A stretch of DNA of 39,396 nt from Octopus bimaculoides. Taxonomy: Eukaryota. The notes under the pieces are model-generated. The model saw nothing but the letters and a program-made list of their open reading frames with translations, made no database searches and had not been told where the DNA came from. Position 1 is the first letter of the stretch, and each line of letters begins with the position of its first letter. Shown here piece after piece: positions 23,381 to 33,899 of the stretch. The position numbers were made by a program, and so were the translations under genes. The DNA is taken from positions 29,657,013-29,696,408 of the forward strand of contig NC_069004.1 of the NCBI RefSeq assembly GCF_001194135.2. Reading direction: 5' to 3'.

Positions 23381-24928
23381 CTAGAAGACTTCTAAGACAC
23401 AGAAAAATTTTCAAACATAGTGTACTTTTAAACGGTAGTTCTGAAAAAGCAAAAATTCTTCTGAAGAATTCACTAAAACAAGATAAAAGAGTTGATAGAC
23501 TCAGGCATAAAAAAAAAACGTTCAAATTTATATTAGATTAACAATTAATTTGGCTAAAAAATGAGACGCAAAATTCGTGCATAACATATCGATAAATATA
23601 GTAGCACGTGAAAGCAAACAAATATATACACACATCGATATTTACTAATCATAAATAACAAAAGAATTTGACAGTCTGGATAATGAAAACGGTAGACCCT
23701 ATGGAATAGAAATAAGATAATTAAATAACATTAATTAAATTACTAGACGTTCGGTGAAGAAGTCAAAAATACGAAACTAAATATGAAGTTAAGTAGTTAA
23801 TGAATTAAATGCTATGTTAATGATGCGAAATAGATAACAAGTAAAATTAATATTAATTACTAATATTAAAAATAGTGGAAGAAAATATATATAATTAAAT
23901 TGTGAATAAGGTAATAAAACACATTCGAGTATTTATATCACATTTACGAAAAATATAAACATATATAAGGTATTTTTTCAATATAAATATTGACAATATG
24001 AGGTGTGTATATGTGTGTGTATGTGTGTGTGTAAGTATTTGGTAAAGATAATATCTGTAACGGACGTGCTAAAGTTACTAAAATATATCAGTAGCAGAGG
24101 AAAATCGTCCAGCAGCGGTGGTGAGAATCGGTGCTACATGCGCATTTCTGTCTCTTTCGTGTTCGTCAATAGCAAACACCCACAGGCAACCGCATGGTAA
24201 AACAAAATCTGATGCCACTTATATAAGAAACAGTGATTTAAAAAATCACTGATATTGCTGTTAGCTGGCCATCATTACAATAGTTTCGATGATCGTATTG
24301 AAACTATATATTTTGTACAAAGCTATCTCCTCAGAGACAGTTTTCCAAATCATCTCGTAAAGTTGGTCGGTGTATATGATTTTTGAAACAAAGTGTATCG
24401 CTAATAACATCCTTTAAACGAACTTAATGAAAAACGCGAAATATCAATGGTTTGTTTGTGTTGTCTTAGGTTATAATGTAGCGCTTCCATAACGCTATAG
24501 CGTACATCCAAATATGCACTGCTTTATAGATTTTTAAGTGTGGAGTATCTGGTAATGATTGTTCGACATACTTTGGATATCAATCACATTTTGATACTGT
24601 AATTTTGGGGGGATTAATTTACACTGCATACGAAAATACAGACATATTATCACGGTACGGTGTTAGACGTAGCGCTGACCGCCTCAGAAGAGATTATTCC
24701 ACTGAGCTTTTCGGTGGGTTAGAAAATTACATACCATCACCCCCAATTTTCCATGATAGGTTAGCACTTGGAATACTCCAATCCTCCGATGATGTATTAT
24801 ATGTCGATTAGTCGAATTACACCATCATTTACTCCACAAATGTTTTGTCGTCAATGCTGCACTTTCCCGATTCACCTGTTTCAACATAACTGTAATATAG
24901 ATGTATAAATAAACTATACCATTTTAAT

Positions 24929-24957
24929 CCCGAGCGACGCCGGGTGTCTCTGCTAGT
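24929..24957 (+). mobile_element. Helitron-like 3' terminus
   Basis: GC hairpin CCCG-a-GC-gac-GC-CGGG (24929-24944), an 8-nt spacer, CTAG (24953-24956), then T. The 5' end was not identified. Confidence 0.6.
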
Positions 24958-25631
24958 ANNNNNNNNNNNNNNNNNNNNNNNNNNNNNNNNNNNNNNNNNN
25001 NNNNNNNNNNNNNNNNNNNNNNNNNNNNNNNNNNNNNNNNNNNNNNNNNNNNNNNNNNNNNNNNNNNNNNNNNNNNNNNNNNNNNNNNNNNNNNNNNNNN
25101 NNNNNNNNNNNNNNNNNNNNNNNNNNNNNNNNNNNNNNNNNNNNNTATATATATATATATTCCAATAACGGATCGCTTTCATCCTTTCTGATAAATTCTT
25201 TGAATGCCTACGCAAATACGAGGTGTGCGAAAGATTAGAATTTCGAATATAGGTTAAGAATGACGTAGACCAATATAGCTACGCATTTTTATCAATATAA
25301 ATTATGCTGGAATCTGTATACTCACACTCTGATTAGAATAGCGAAAGAAAATCAAATTTTGTAATAACCAATTCCCATATCGCTATATTTTCAATAAATA
25401 TTTATGTGCAGCGGGTCGCAGAAGAATCCAGAAATCTTTGACAATTGCTTTTGGTGGTAAAACTTCGGTACGAATGTTTGTTTAGATTTTGAGAGAAACA
25501 TCTGCGTGTACAGCATTGCAATCTTACTTTGCTTTCAAAGTCATATGAATGTTGGTGTGTGTGTGAGAGTGTTTATGTTTGTATGTATGTATATATACTA
25601 TATGTTATATATAAATATATATATTCATGTT

Positions 25632-25679
<48 letters not shown>

Positions 25680-25702
25680 AATATTAATGATAATAATAAT
25701 CA

Positions 25703-25917
25703 TTTCTACTATAGGCAGAAAGCCTGAAATTTTGGGAGAGGTGGGGATACTCGATTATTTAGACCCCAGTACTCGACTGGTACTTATTTCATCGACCCCC
25801 GAAAGGATGAAAGGCAAAGCCGACCTCAGTAGAATTTGAACTCAGATCGTAAAAACGGACGAAATACCGCTAAGCATTTTCTCCGGCGTGCTAACGACTC
25901 TATCAGCTCGCTACCTC
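25703..25917 (-). mobile_element. Family B SINE
   Basis: cgaaaggatgaaaggcaaagccgacctc...gctaacgactctatcagctcgc, followed by (AAT)n. Confidence 0.88.
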
Positions 25918-25972
<55 letters not shown>

Positions 25973-25974
25973 GA

Positions 25975-26480
25975 TCTTAACTACGATGTGATGTTCCATA
26001 GATAGATTCCTACATCGTAAATACGATGTGATGTTTTATAGATAGATTACTATAATTTTGTTAAAACTTTGAGATGTTCATAGATTTCTATATCTAAGCT
26101 ATACGACGCTTACCTGTTTCCTCTTCGCCCCCACTCTCTCTCTCTCTCTCCTCTCCTCTTCTCTTCCACTCGGTCTTCAGTGCTGCTTTAAGCATTGACG
26201 GCGATAGGATGGCTATTTAACGGTCCCCCGAAATAATGTGTAAGCCCTTTCTATCATTGCAAACTATGAAATAACATTGTCTGTGATTCATAGATGTTTT
26301 TAGAGAACTGTCTATATGTTTGCTAAAACTTTGAGATATTTATAGATTTTTATATCTTAACTACGATGTGATATTCCATAGTTAGATTCCTATATCGTAA
26401 ATATGATGTGATGTTTTATAGATAGATTACTATAGTTCTGCTACAACTTTGAGATGTTGTTCATAGATTACTATATTTTA
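25975..26480. repeat. Interrupted minisatellite: two ~125-bp units built from ~35-40 bp subrepeats
   Basis: tcttaactacgatgtgatRttccatag-tagattccta-atcgtaaata-gatgtgatgttttatagatagattactata...aactttgagatgtt occurs at about 25976-26100 and 26355-26470. Confidence 0.85.
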
Positions 26481-26579
26481 GATACGCTCTCTCCAGCTTG
26501 TCGACGATCCTCTCAAAAATCAACTCCCTCCAGCCCCCAATCCACCACCAGGCCTGTCAATACCAATCCAATCAAACAG

Positions 26580-26830
26580 CCACTGGTGGCGTGGAGAGAG
26601 GAGGCCGGTATACATGGGCGACTGCTGGTCTTCCGTAAACAACCTTGTCTGGACTTGTGCCTGGGAGGGTAACTTTCTAGGTGCAATCCCATGGTCAGTC
26701 ATGACCGAATGGGGGTCTCAGCATTGGTCAGCCAGGTGTATGATAGGAAACACTTGCCCAAGACGCCATCACTTATGAGAGTGAACCTGAACCAGCGACC
26801 ACGTGGTTGCCAAGGGAGCTTAAAAACGCA
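26580..26830. mobile_element. Interspersed-repeat fragment ending in a hairpin, followed by a reversed family A SINE head fragment
   Basis: GC-rich segment with ccc-atGGTCA-gtca-TGACC-gaat-ggggg near 26687-26714; cacttgcccaag...ctgaacc...cacgtggttg (about 26750-26830) resembles a reversed SINE head. Confidence 0.5.
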
Positions 26831-27082
26831 CCCGAGTCTACATCCCTTGTGTATCTGTTTTTCCGCGCAACACTTTTCCTTACTTGAGGTATTGGTTCTT
26901 TTACAAGCATTCATACAGCCTATCAATGGATTATTGAAGCCATCGATGTGTCGTATGCTGTTGATTGACAGGCAGTCGATCGATCAATACTGCTTGACCT
27001 TGGTGTCATTATGCCGTTTTTAAAAGCGATCAGAACCTTGTGATGCTGACCAATAACCGGCAGCGTTTCGTTATTTCGTCAG

Positions 27083-27127
27083 GATATTGGAAAACTTTGA
27101 AAGGGACTTCAGCATGTTTATGAATCT
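27083..27127 (+). CDS. Candidate 45-nt symmetric (phase 2-2) exon of an unidentified gene
   Basis: Upstream CTGAC branch-like site, gtttcgttatttcgtCAG acceptor and CT|GTGAGT donor. Only one frame is open: (R)[14 protein letters not shown](L). Confidence 0.3.
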
Positions 27128-27464
27128 GTGAGTGCTTGTCTGTGCGTGCGTGCGTGCGTGCGTGTGTGTGTGTGTGTGTGTCTGTATGTGTGTGTCTGTG
27201 TGTGTGTGTGAGTGTATGTGCGTGTGTGTGTGTGTGTATCTGTGTGTGTATGTGTGTACATGTACGATTTTTTTATCCAAAGATTTAGCACTAAATCGAT
27301 TCCAGGATATTACAAATTTTTATTTTTATATTTTTTATTATTTATTCATTTTTTTACTGTTGTTATGAATATTAATGCTATTATTATTTCCTTTTCTTCT
27401 TCTTTCTCTCCATCTTCCACTTCTTTTTTTTTTCTCCTTCCTCTTCTTCTTAGATGCATTTCTT

Positions 27465-27604
27465 CCCAGTTTTACGTTTTGAGTTGAAATCGCACCGAGG
27501 TCGACTTTGCCTTTCATCCTTTCGTGATCGATAAATTGAGTTTAGGACTGTGATCGATGTAATCAACAACACCCCCTATCATCCAAAATTTAAGACCTTG
27601 TGCG

Positions 27605-27605
<1 letters not shown>
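27465..27605 (+). mobile_element. 5'-truncated family B SINE
   Basis: cgaggtcgactttgcctttcatcctttcgtgatcgataaatt core. Confidence 0.85.
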
Positions 27606-27646
<41 letters not shown>

Positions 27647-28203
27647 GAGTGAGAGTGCAGTACATGCCAATAAAGTGACACTGGGGTAAATATACGAAGC
27701 CCAGTATACTCACCATTACTACTTGTCTGATAAGGGTACACCAGGCACATGCATCACAACCATATGTGCGTGACATGGTGATCTCATACCCAGATAAACA
27801 GCGCATGACTTCGCAGGTGGGGTCCAGTTAGAATTTTCTTCAGATCGAGTAGCCCAGCCCGTTCAAAAGGTCTCTGAATAAGGTTTATTTAAGGATGTTG
27901 AGCAAGACACTCATGCTTCCAGAAGTGAATTATTCACGTTCCAAAGAATTCCTCTCAACACAAGACTATGATGCTCCCCCACTACTCCTGTTTGTGATCA
28001 GAGATGCACATATCGTCAGCCACTAAGAGACATGCTCAACTGGTTATGGTCTCAAACAACTGACGAGCAAATTTGTAGTACTGAGCAGAATATTTGCTAA
28101 AAAGAATATATTTTATACCAAGACTAAACAATGTACATGATAACACTTCCAATCAGTTGAGATCAAGAGCCATGAGAGCCACTGCCTGCTACTGCATCCG
28201 GGC

Positions 28204-28206
<3 letters not shown>
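27647..28206. mobile_element. ~560-bp non-coding interspersed element embedded in (ATT)n
   Basis: Sharp boundaries against pure (ATT)n on both sides; partial second copy at 19045-19170; no credible ORF. Confidence 0.75.
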
Positions 28207-28261
<55 letters not shown>

Positions 28262-28576
28262 GCTGTGGTGGTTGTTATTCTTATTATTGTTGCTCTGATT
28301 GGTTTTATTTATATTATTAATATTATTATTATTACAGATATCGTCATCATCGTCATCATCATCATCATTATCCTTCTTATTATTATCATTATTATTATTA
28401 TTATCATCATCATCATCATTATCATCATTATTGAATTTTTGTTTGTTTTAATGCCGCTAAGGTCATTTTCTCGATCAATATATTACGCCATTACTGCTCA
28501 TTGCTCATTTATTTGCTATTTTAAATTAACCTTTTTCATAAAATTTTCACTGGCGTTCAGTTTTGCATCTTACAGC

Positions 28577-28679
<103 letters not shown>

Positions 28680-29229
28680 AACGCCCAAACTACCTGAACG
28701 CCACCAATCGCCATTCTGTTTTTCCCTGATATTTCTATATTTCTTCTTTATGTTTCTAATGATTCTTTTATCGCCATTTTTGATGATTTATTTAATCTTT
28801 TATAGCATGTTCTGTGACTTTCTTTCGTTTACATCATTAGCATTAACCTTTTTTCTGCAAGACACTTAATATCTCTTTGTCTTCCTTTCTATTTGTCTTA
28901 ACATTTGTTCGGATGTTTTTAAAGTATTTTTTGTAATTGTTTTTGTTTTGTTTCGTTTTGTTTTCAATATTTTAGTCTTCTTTAGTCCTCTTTTGATAAA
29001 TCTTTCCTTTTTCACTTGTGATAAATCTCTTTCCCTTTTCCCATTCACCATCGTTTACGCCATTATTTTGTTTTTCTTTCTTTTTCTTTGATGTTTCTTA
29101 ATCTTTTTGTTATTTGTGGGAGGTGTTCATTGTTTCTGTCAAGAGTGAATCAGTAATTTCCTTTTTTCGTTTAATATCACAACAGCAGCTGAGTAAATTA
29201 ATTGGTTTACCGTTTCAATGCAGCCCTTA

Positions 29230-30110
29230 CTTTCCCCTTTTCCTTCTTTTTATTCTTATTCCTCCTCTTCTTCTTCTCCCTCTTCTTCCGCTTCCTTTGA
29301 ATGTTTTCTTCTAACTTCTTCGTTTCCTTTTCCTTCCTCTCCTTTTTCTTGTTCTCCACTTTCTTCTCTTCATTCTCTCTCCGCTCTTTCTTCTTTTTCT
29401 CTTCTTCTCTTCATTCTTCTCTTTCTTCTTCCTCTTATTTCGGCATTACTTCCTCCTCTTATTTCGGCATTACTTCCTCCTCTTCTTCCTTCTCTTGTAC
29501 TTCCTGTTCTTTTTCCACTTCTTCCGCTTCTTTTTCTCATGAATTACTTTTTCATTTTATCTCCTTCTTTAACCTTCCTTTTCTTCTTCTTCTTCATCCC
29601 CTTTTCCTTCCTCTACTTATTCTTCTCCACTTCTTCCTTTTTCTTCTTTCTGATCATTTTTTTCTCAATGTTCTCCTCTCATCCTCTTCTTCCTTAGTCC
29701 TCTTCCTTTCTTTCTTCCACTTCATCTTTTCCTTCATCTTTTTTCGTCTTCTTTCTGGTCTTTTTCTCTTTTCTCCCTCTTCTTTTTCTTCTGTTCCCCT
29801 TCTTCTCTACTTCTTCTTTTTCTACCTCCTCTTTTTCTTTTTCTTCTTCCACCTTCATCTTTACCTTCCCCTTTTTCGTCTTCTTCCTCGTTGTCTTCCT
29901 CTTCTTCTTTTTATTTTTCTTTCTTCTTATTCTCCTCCTCTCCTCTTTCGTCTTCCTCTTCATCTTTACCCTCTTTCTTCTTCTCCTTCCTTCCTCCTCC
30001 TCTTCCTTCTCCTTTGTCTTTTGCTTCCCTTCTTCCTCCATCTTCCTTCCTTTTTCATCGCCTTCTACTTTTGCTTCTTCTGCTTCTCCTCCTCCTTTTT
30101 CTCCTTCTAA
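29230..30110. repeat. ~880-bp polypyrimidine (plus) / polypurine (minus) low-complexity tract
   Basis: Almost entirely C/T, built of degenerate CTT/CCT; contains a 24-bp tandem duplication ttatttcggcattacttcctcctc (29435-29482). Confidence 0.95.
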
Positions 30111-30252
30111 AACCTCTCCTAGTTAGTTCCTAACGGTTTACTAGAGAGAGAGAGAGAAAGAAACAGGGAGAGAAAGGCTGAGAGACAGAGAGACAGAGAG
30201 ACAGAGTGAACTCTCTGCTTAACATTACTTGTATAATCATTCTTACACTTAC

Positions 30253-30324
30253 AAATTATTGAGATGAATCAGAAACTGGAAGATTCCAAGTGACGAAGGA
30301 TCTTCTTTGTGTATTGTTAGCCAG
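30253..30324 (-). CDS. Candidate 72-nt symmetric (phase 2-2) exon of an unidentified gene
   Basis: Minus strand: tttgccgttttctatCAG|CTGGCT...AATAATTT|GTAAGT. Only one frame is open: WLTIHKEDPSSLGIFQFLIHLNN(L/F). Confidence 0.38.
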
Positions 30325-30425
30325 CTGATAGAAAACGGCAAATGTAAATGGATATCGTACACATAATGAACAAAAATAAAATAATCAGCTTTATTTCTCG
30401 CTGATTAATTATTCACGTAAACCAA

Positions 30426-30467
30426 AAGATGGCCGTTTAACCAAACATATTTCATCGCCGCCATTTT
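30426..30467. promoter_or_regulatory. Convergent pair of YY1-like motifs
   Basis: AAGATGGCCG (30426-30435, plus) and AAAATGGCGGC (30457-30467, minus). Confidence 0.35.
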
Positions 30468-30519
30468 GTCTTCCATTTCAAGTTTGTTACTGAAGTTATC
30501 GTTTATCGTTGATCTTTTA

Positions 30520-30610
30520 TCGTTTTTTGTTTCAATCATTGGTTTGCGGCCATGCTGGGGCACCGCCTTGAAGGATTTCAGTCAAACATATTGATCCCAG
30601 TGCTTAGGGC
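30520..30610 (-). mobile_element. Family A SINE tail fragment
   Basis: gcggccatgctggggcaccgccttg is the reverse complement of the family A tail. Confidence 0.75.
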
Positions 30611-31407
30611 TATTGTTATATCCCTTTTTAAAAAACCTATCGGCCAACTGTTTCGGCCCTTGTTCTTATTCTTTACAACACTAGTTGTGTAGAGCCGCAT
30701 AGATTTGCAATCTGGATAACTGACATCCATAAAACCCCTTTGCCTAAGCTGGTACCACAGAAAGAAACTTTCCATGAACAAATAAATTATTATCACCCTG
30801 CTCGAAAAGCCTTAGATTACTTTAGTCGGAATTTTAGCCTTTTCCACCCACATATTCCGGCTTCTTTTATCACTCAAGTGTTGGCACTTTATCTTAAAGA
30901 ACCCATTTTCAAATTCCTTCTACTCTACTGATTATAACTACTTTTTAATTTAATGGTTATAAGTCGAATAAGCGGAGTTCTTAAAAGCAATTAAGAGAGG
31001 TAATCACTTCTAGATAAATCATAAATCATGGCGGGTTGAGAAGTGCAAACCTTAAATTTAACAGTAACGAAAAAGATACACAGAATTTACATTCTTGTTT
31101 CTGTTTTTGCTCATTACAAAAATTCTAAATATATTTCTTTAGTCATTGTTAGCTATGTATAGCGCTATTTCGCCCTCGTTTGATATTATCAGCATGATAT
31201 AACCCAACCCCCAACCAAATGTATTACACTCAGTTAAACACTACGAAGTGAAATAGTTTAGAAGGCATTCGATGAAGTTTTTCCTTTTTACCTTCACAGA
31301 TGATTCATAGTCCAGTGAGTGAGAGAGAAATTTTTTACCTCATTATTTGTGTCTCAGTGCATAGTGTGTTGTTAGGAGTCATAGAGTCAAATAATGATTT
31401 TACTTAC

Positions 31408-31490
31408 CTCACAGGTTTTCGGAAGCACATCCATATATTCATGAAACAAGGCATTTCCGATTTTTGATGCTTCAACTCTTTGTTGCGCAT
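31408..31490 (-). CDS. Candidate first coding exon that splices in frame to 30253-30324
   Basis: ATG at 31490 follows an upstream in-frame TAA; MRNKELKHQKSEMPCFMNIWMCFRKPV plus AG ends at a GAG|GTAAGT donor (phase 2). Confidence 0.3.
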
Positions 31491-31649
31491 TTTATCGATT
31501 AACAAGGCTTGTTTCTCTATTATTCTAGTTTCCTTTTCCCAATTAGCAATGTTTTATGCTCCTAGTTGTCACTGCCATATATTTAACATCTTTCTCTCTC
31601 CCTTCCTCTCTTTCTCTCTCTCTCATGAAAGGTCTTTTATATCCATATT

Positions 31650-31775
31650 CTTTTGTCTTTTACAATTATTGGACTGCAGCCATGCCGGGGCACCGACTTG
31701 AAGGGTTTCTGTCGAACAAATCCACGCCAGCACTCGTTTTTTTTTCTGCTTTTTCGAAGTCTGGTAATTATTCAA
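31650..31775 (-). mobile_element. Degenerate family A SINE tail
   Basis: gactgcagccatgccggggcaccgacttgaagg...gtcgaacaaatc. Confidence 0.65.
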
Positions 31776-31868
31776 CGTTACAAAACTGAACGCCAGTGAA
31801 AATTTTATGAAAAATTATTCAACGTTACAAATATAAAGTACATTAGGAATTTAAGAATAAACAGAAAC

Positions 31869-32003
31869 GAAACTTACAGCTGTTTCGGCCTAGCGTTGGC
31901 ATGCCCCATTCTATCCGAATAGCTCCTGCGTGCCGGAGTAATTAGCAGATGAAATGCTGAAATGGAGGTTCATGCATGATTCGCTAGGCCTCTTCAGAGA
32001 TTC
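31869..32003 (-). ncRNA. Type I hammerhead ribozyme with canonical core and extended stem II
   Basis: Minus strand: GAATCT-CTGAAGA-GGCCTAGCG-[86 nt]-CGCTAGGCC-GAAAC-AGCT-GTA-AGTTTC. Stem I 5 of 6 pairs, perfect 9-bp stem II, palindromic ACAGCTGT stem III. Predicted cleavage after GUA (31875/31874). Confidence 0.8.
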
Positions 32004-32050
32004 ACAAAAATTCATATATNNNNNNNNNNNATATATATATATATATATAT

Positions 32051-32200
32051 ACGACGGGCTTCTTTCAGTTTCCGTCTAACAAATCCACTCACAAATTTTG
32101 ACCAAGGTGCCATACTTGACCAAGGTGCCATACTTGACCAAAGTGCAATACAGTGGAACCGAACCCGGAACCATGTACTCGGGAAGCAAATTTCTTACCA
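32051..32200 (-). mobile_element. Family A SINE 5' half with an internal 18-bp triplication
   Basis: cgacgggcttctttcagtttccgtct...; tgaccaaggtgccatact repeated at 32099, 32117 and (degenerate) 32135. Confidence 0.85.
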
Positions 32201-32536
32201 CAAACCTACTCTTTCTCCTTTGTCTTGTAAGGTTTGTTAATTAGATTTTCAAGGTGACCCTACATCATCGTCTTGACCGTGAGAACTAAAACAAACTACA
32301 AAGTTAAATAACTAATCATTTTCTTGTTTAATTTGATCATTTTTGTTGTTGTTGTTGTTGTGTTTCTTGTTTTCTCGTTATTTATGTCTTTTATTTTTTT
32401 CCTATTTAGTGCATTGTTAATATGTTTTGGAAAGGTTACATTCACTCTCATACATACATACAGACATGCATATACATACATATGTATGCATATATACATG
32501 CATGTATATATGTATATATATATGTATATATATACA

Positions 32537-32567
<31 letters not shown>

Positions 32568-33606
32568 TTATATATATACATATATATTAACATATGTATG
32601 TATACATATATATATACACACACACATATATGTATGTATATGGCATATGTCTCTGTGGATATGTGTGTGTGTACGTATATATATATATATATACACACCC
32701 ATGCACCTATAAATTTGTTTGTGTGCGCGCGCGTACATGCGTGTGTGTGTATGTGTATGTGTAATTATATTAGATGTGAATATTTTCTTATTATCGCCTT
32801 CCTACGCATTTCTTTATCTCTTCTGTTCCCATTTGTTAATGCAATGTTTTATAAGTGTGTTCTTTCGTAAATCTCAGTACATGTCAACGTTAAACTTTCC
32901 TCAACTACATCTTTTGTCTTTCTTTCAGATTCTATTAGAATTTCTAATTTATTTGTGTAGTGTTTGTCACTTGTGTTTCTTTGTAACTGCTTCCCTTTGC
33001 CGTACGTGTGACTGTCTTTTGATTTTATCCGTGTGTTTCTGAGGAATTGATATAAATGTGTCTATAGAAGCTATTTATTTTTTAAGGAGAGATTATATTT
33101 ATTTGTATTTGTTCTCTATTTTCTCATCGTTTTGTTTCTATCATCCTTATTTGATCTGTTACGTAAATTCTTTATTTTAGCGATCGTATTGCTTCTTTCA
33201 AGAATAGAATATGTTATCTATATATTTGTTCCTTAACATTTAAAAGAACATTCGTTGACAATTTCTTTCAAGTATGGCAGTTATTCTTTCACCAAATCTC
33301 TTATAGATTTAATTGACATTATATTCTAAAGTGGGCGAATAAACAGATTGTATAAACTATCGGAGTTATCAGTTTTCTTTGATTTTTTTTATTAATGTCA
33401 TTTGAAGGAAGGGTGTGTGCTTATATCATTTGAAAGGTCTCAGAGAATAAAGAGATCTTGAGAAAGGCGTTGTGCCTATAGACTTCCCAGATCCTTGAAG
33501 CCTGGAGAGATCTGGGAGATTTTGCACTTAGATTTTGTGCTTCACGGGGTCTCAAAGAACAGACAGATCTATAAGCAGATTTTGTACCCGTAGTCTTCAC
33601 AATGTA

Positions 33607-33853
33607 CAGTAACCCCTCTCCATATCGCGGTTCATCTATCGCGGTTCATCTATCGCGGTTCATCTACCGCGGTTTATTATTTAACCTTACATCGATTCTT
33701 CTGTGGTGTTGTTTAGCATTTATAATAAAATAAATATATGCAAATTATAAAAGTAATAAGAAATGTATACTGTACAGTACTGTTTCTACTTCGCGGATTG
33801 TCACTTATCATGGGGGTTTGGGGAAGGTAACACCCGCGATAGTCGTGGGATTA

Positions 33854-33856
<3 letters not shown>
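33607..33856. mobile_element. Tigger/pogo-like MITE with TA flanks
   Basis: TA|CAGTAAcCCCtctccatATCGCGG ... CCGCGATagtcgtGGGaTTACTG|TA; the subterminal 14-mer atcgcggttcatct is repeated 3 times plus a partial copy (33624-33674). Confidence 0.8.

Positions 33857-33898
<42 letters not shown>

Positions 33899-33899
<1 letters not shown>

Noticed and set aside
24231-24251. Perfect hairpin CAGTGATTT-AAA-AAATCACTG (also tcccagatc/gatctggga near 33485-33517)
   Set aside because: Isolated 9-bp stems are expected by chance in AT-rich DNA; bacterial terminator logic does not apply.
28140-28206. HDV-like ribozyme at the end of the (ATT)n-embedded element
   Set aside because: I could not build P1, P1.1 and the J4/2 cytosine by eye.
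33624-33674. CRISPR-like short direct repeats (also 32099-32151 and 25975-26480)
   Set aside because: Head-to-tail duplications without unique spacers, in eukaryotic context with no cas genes.
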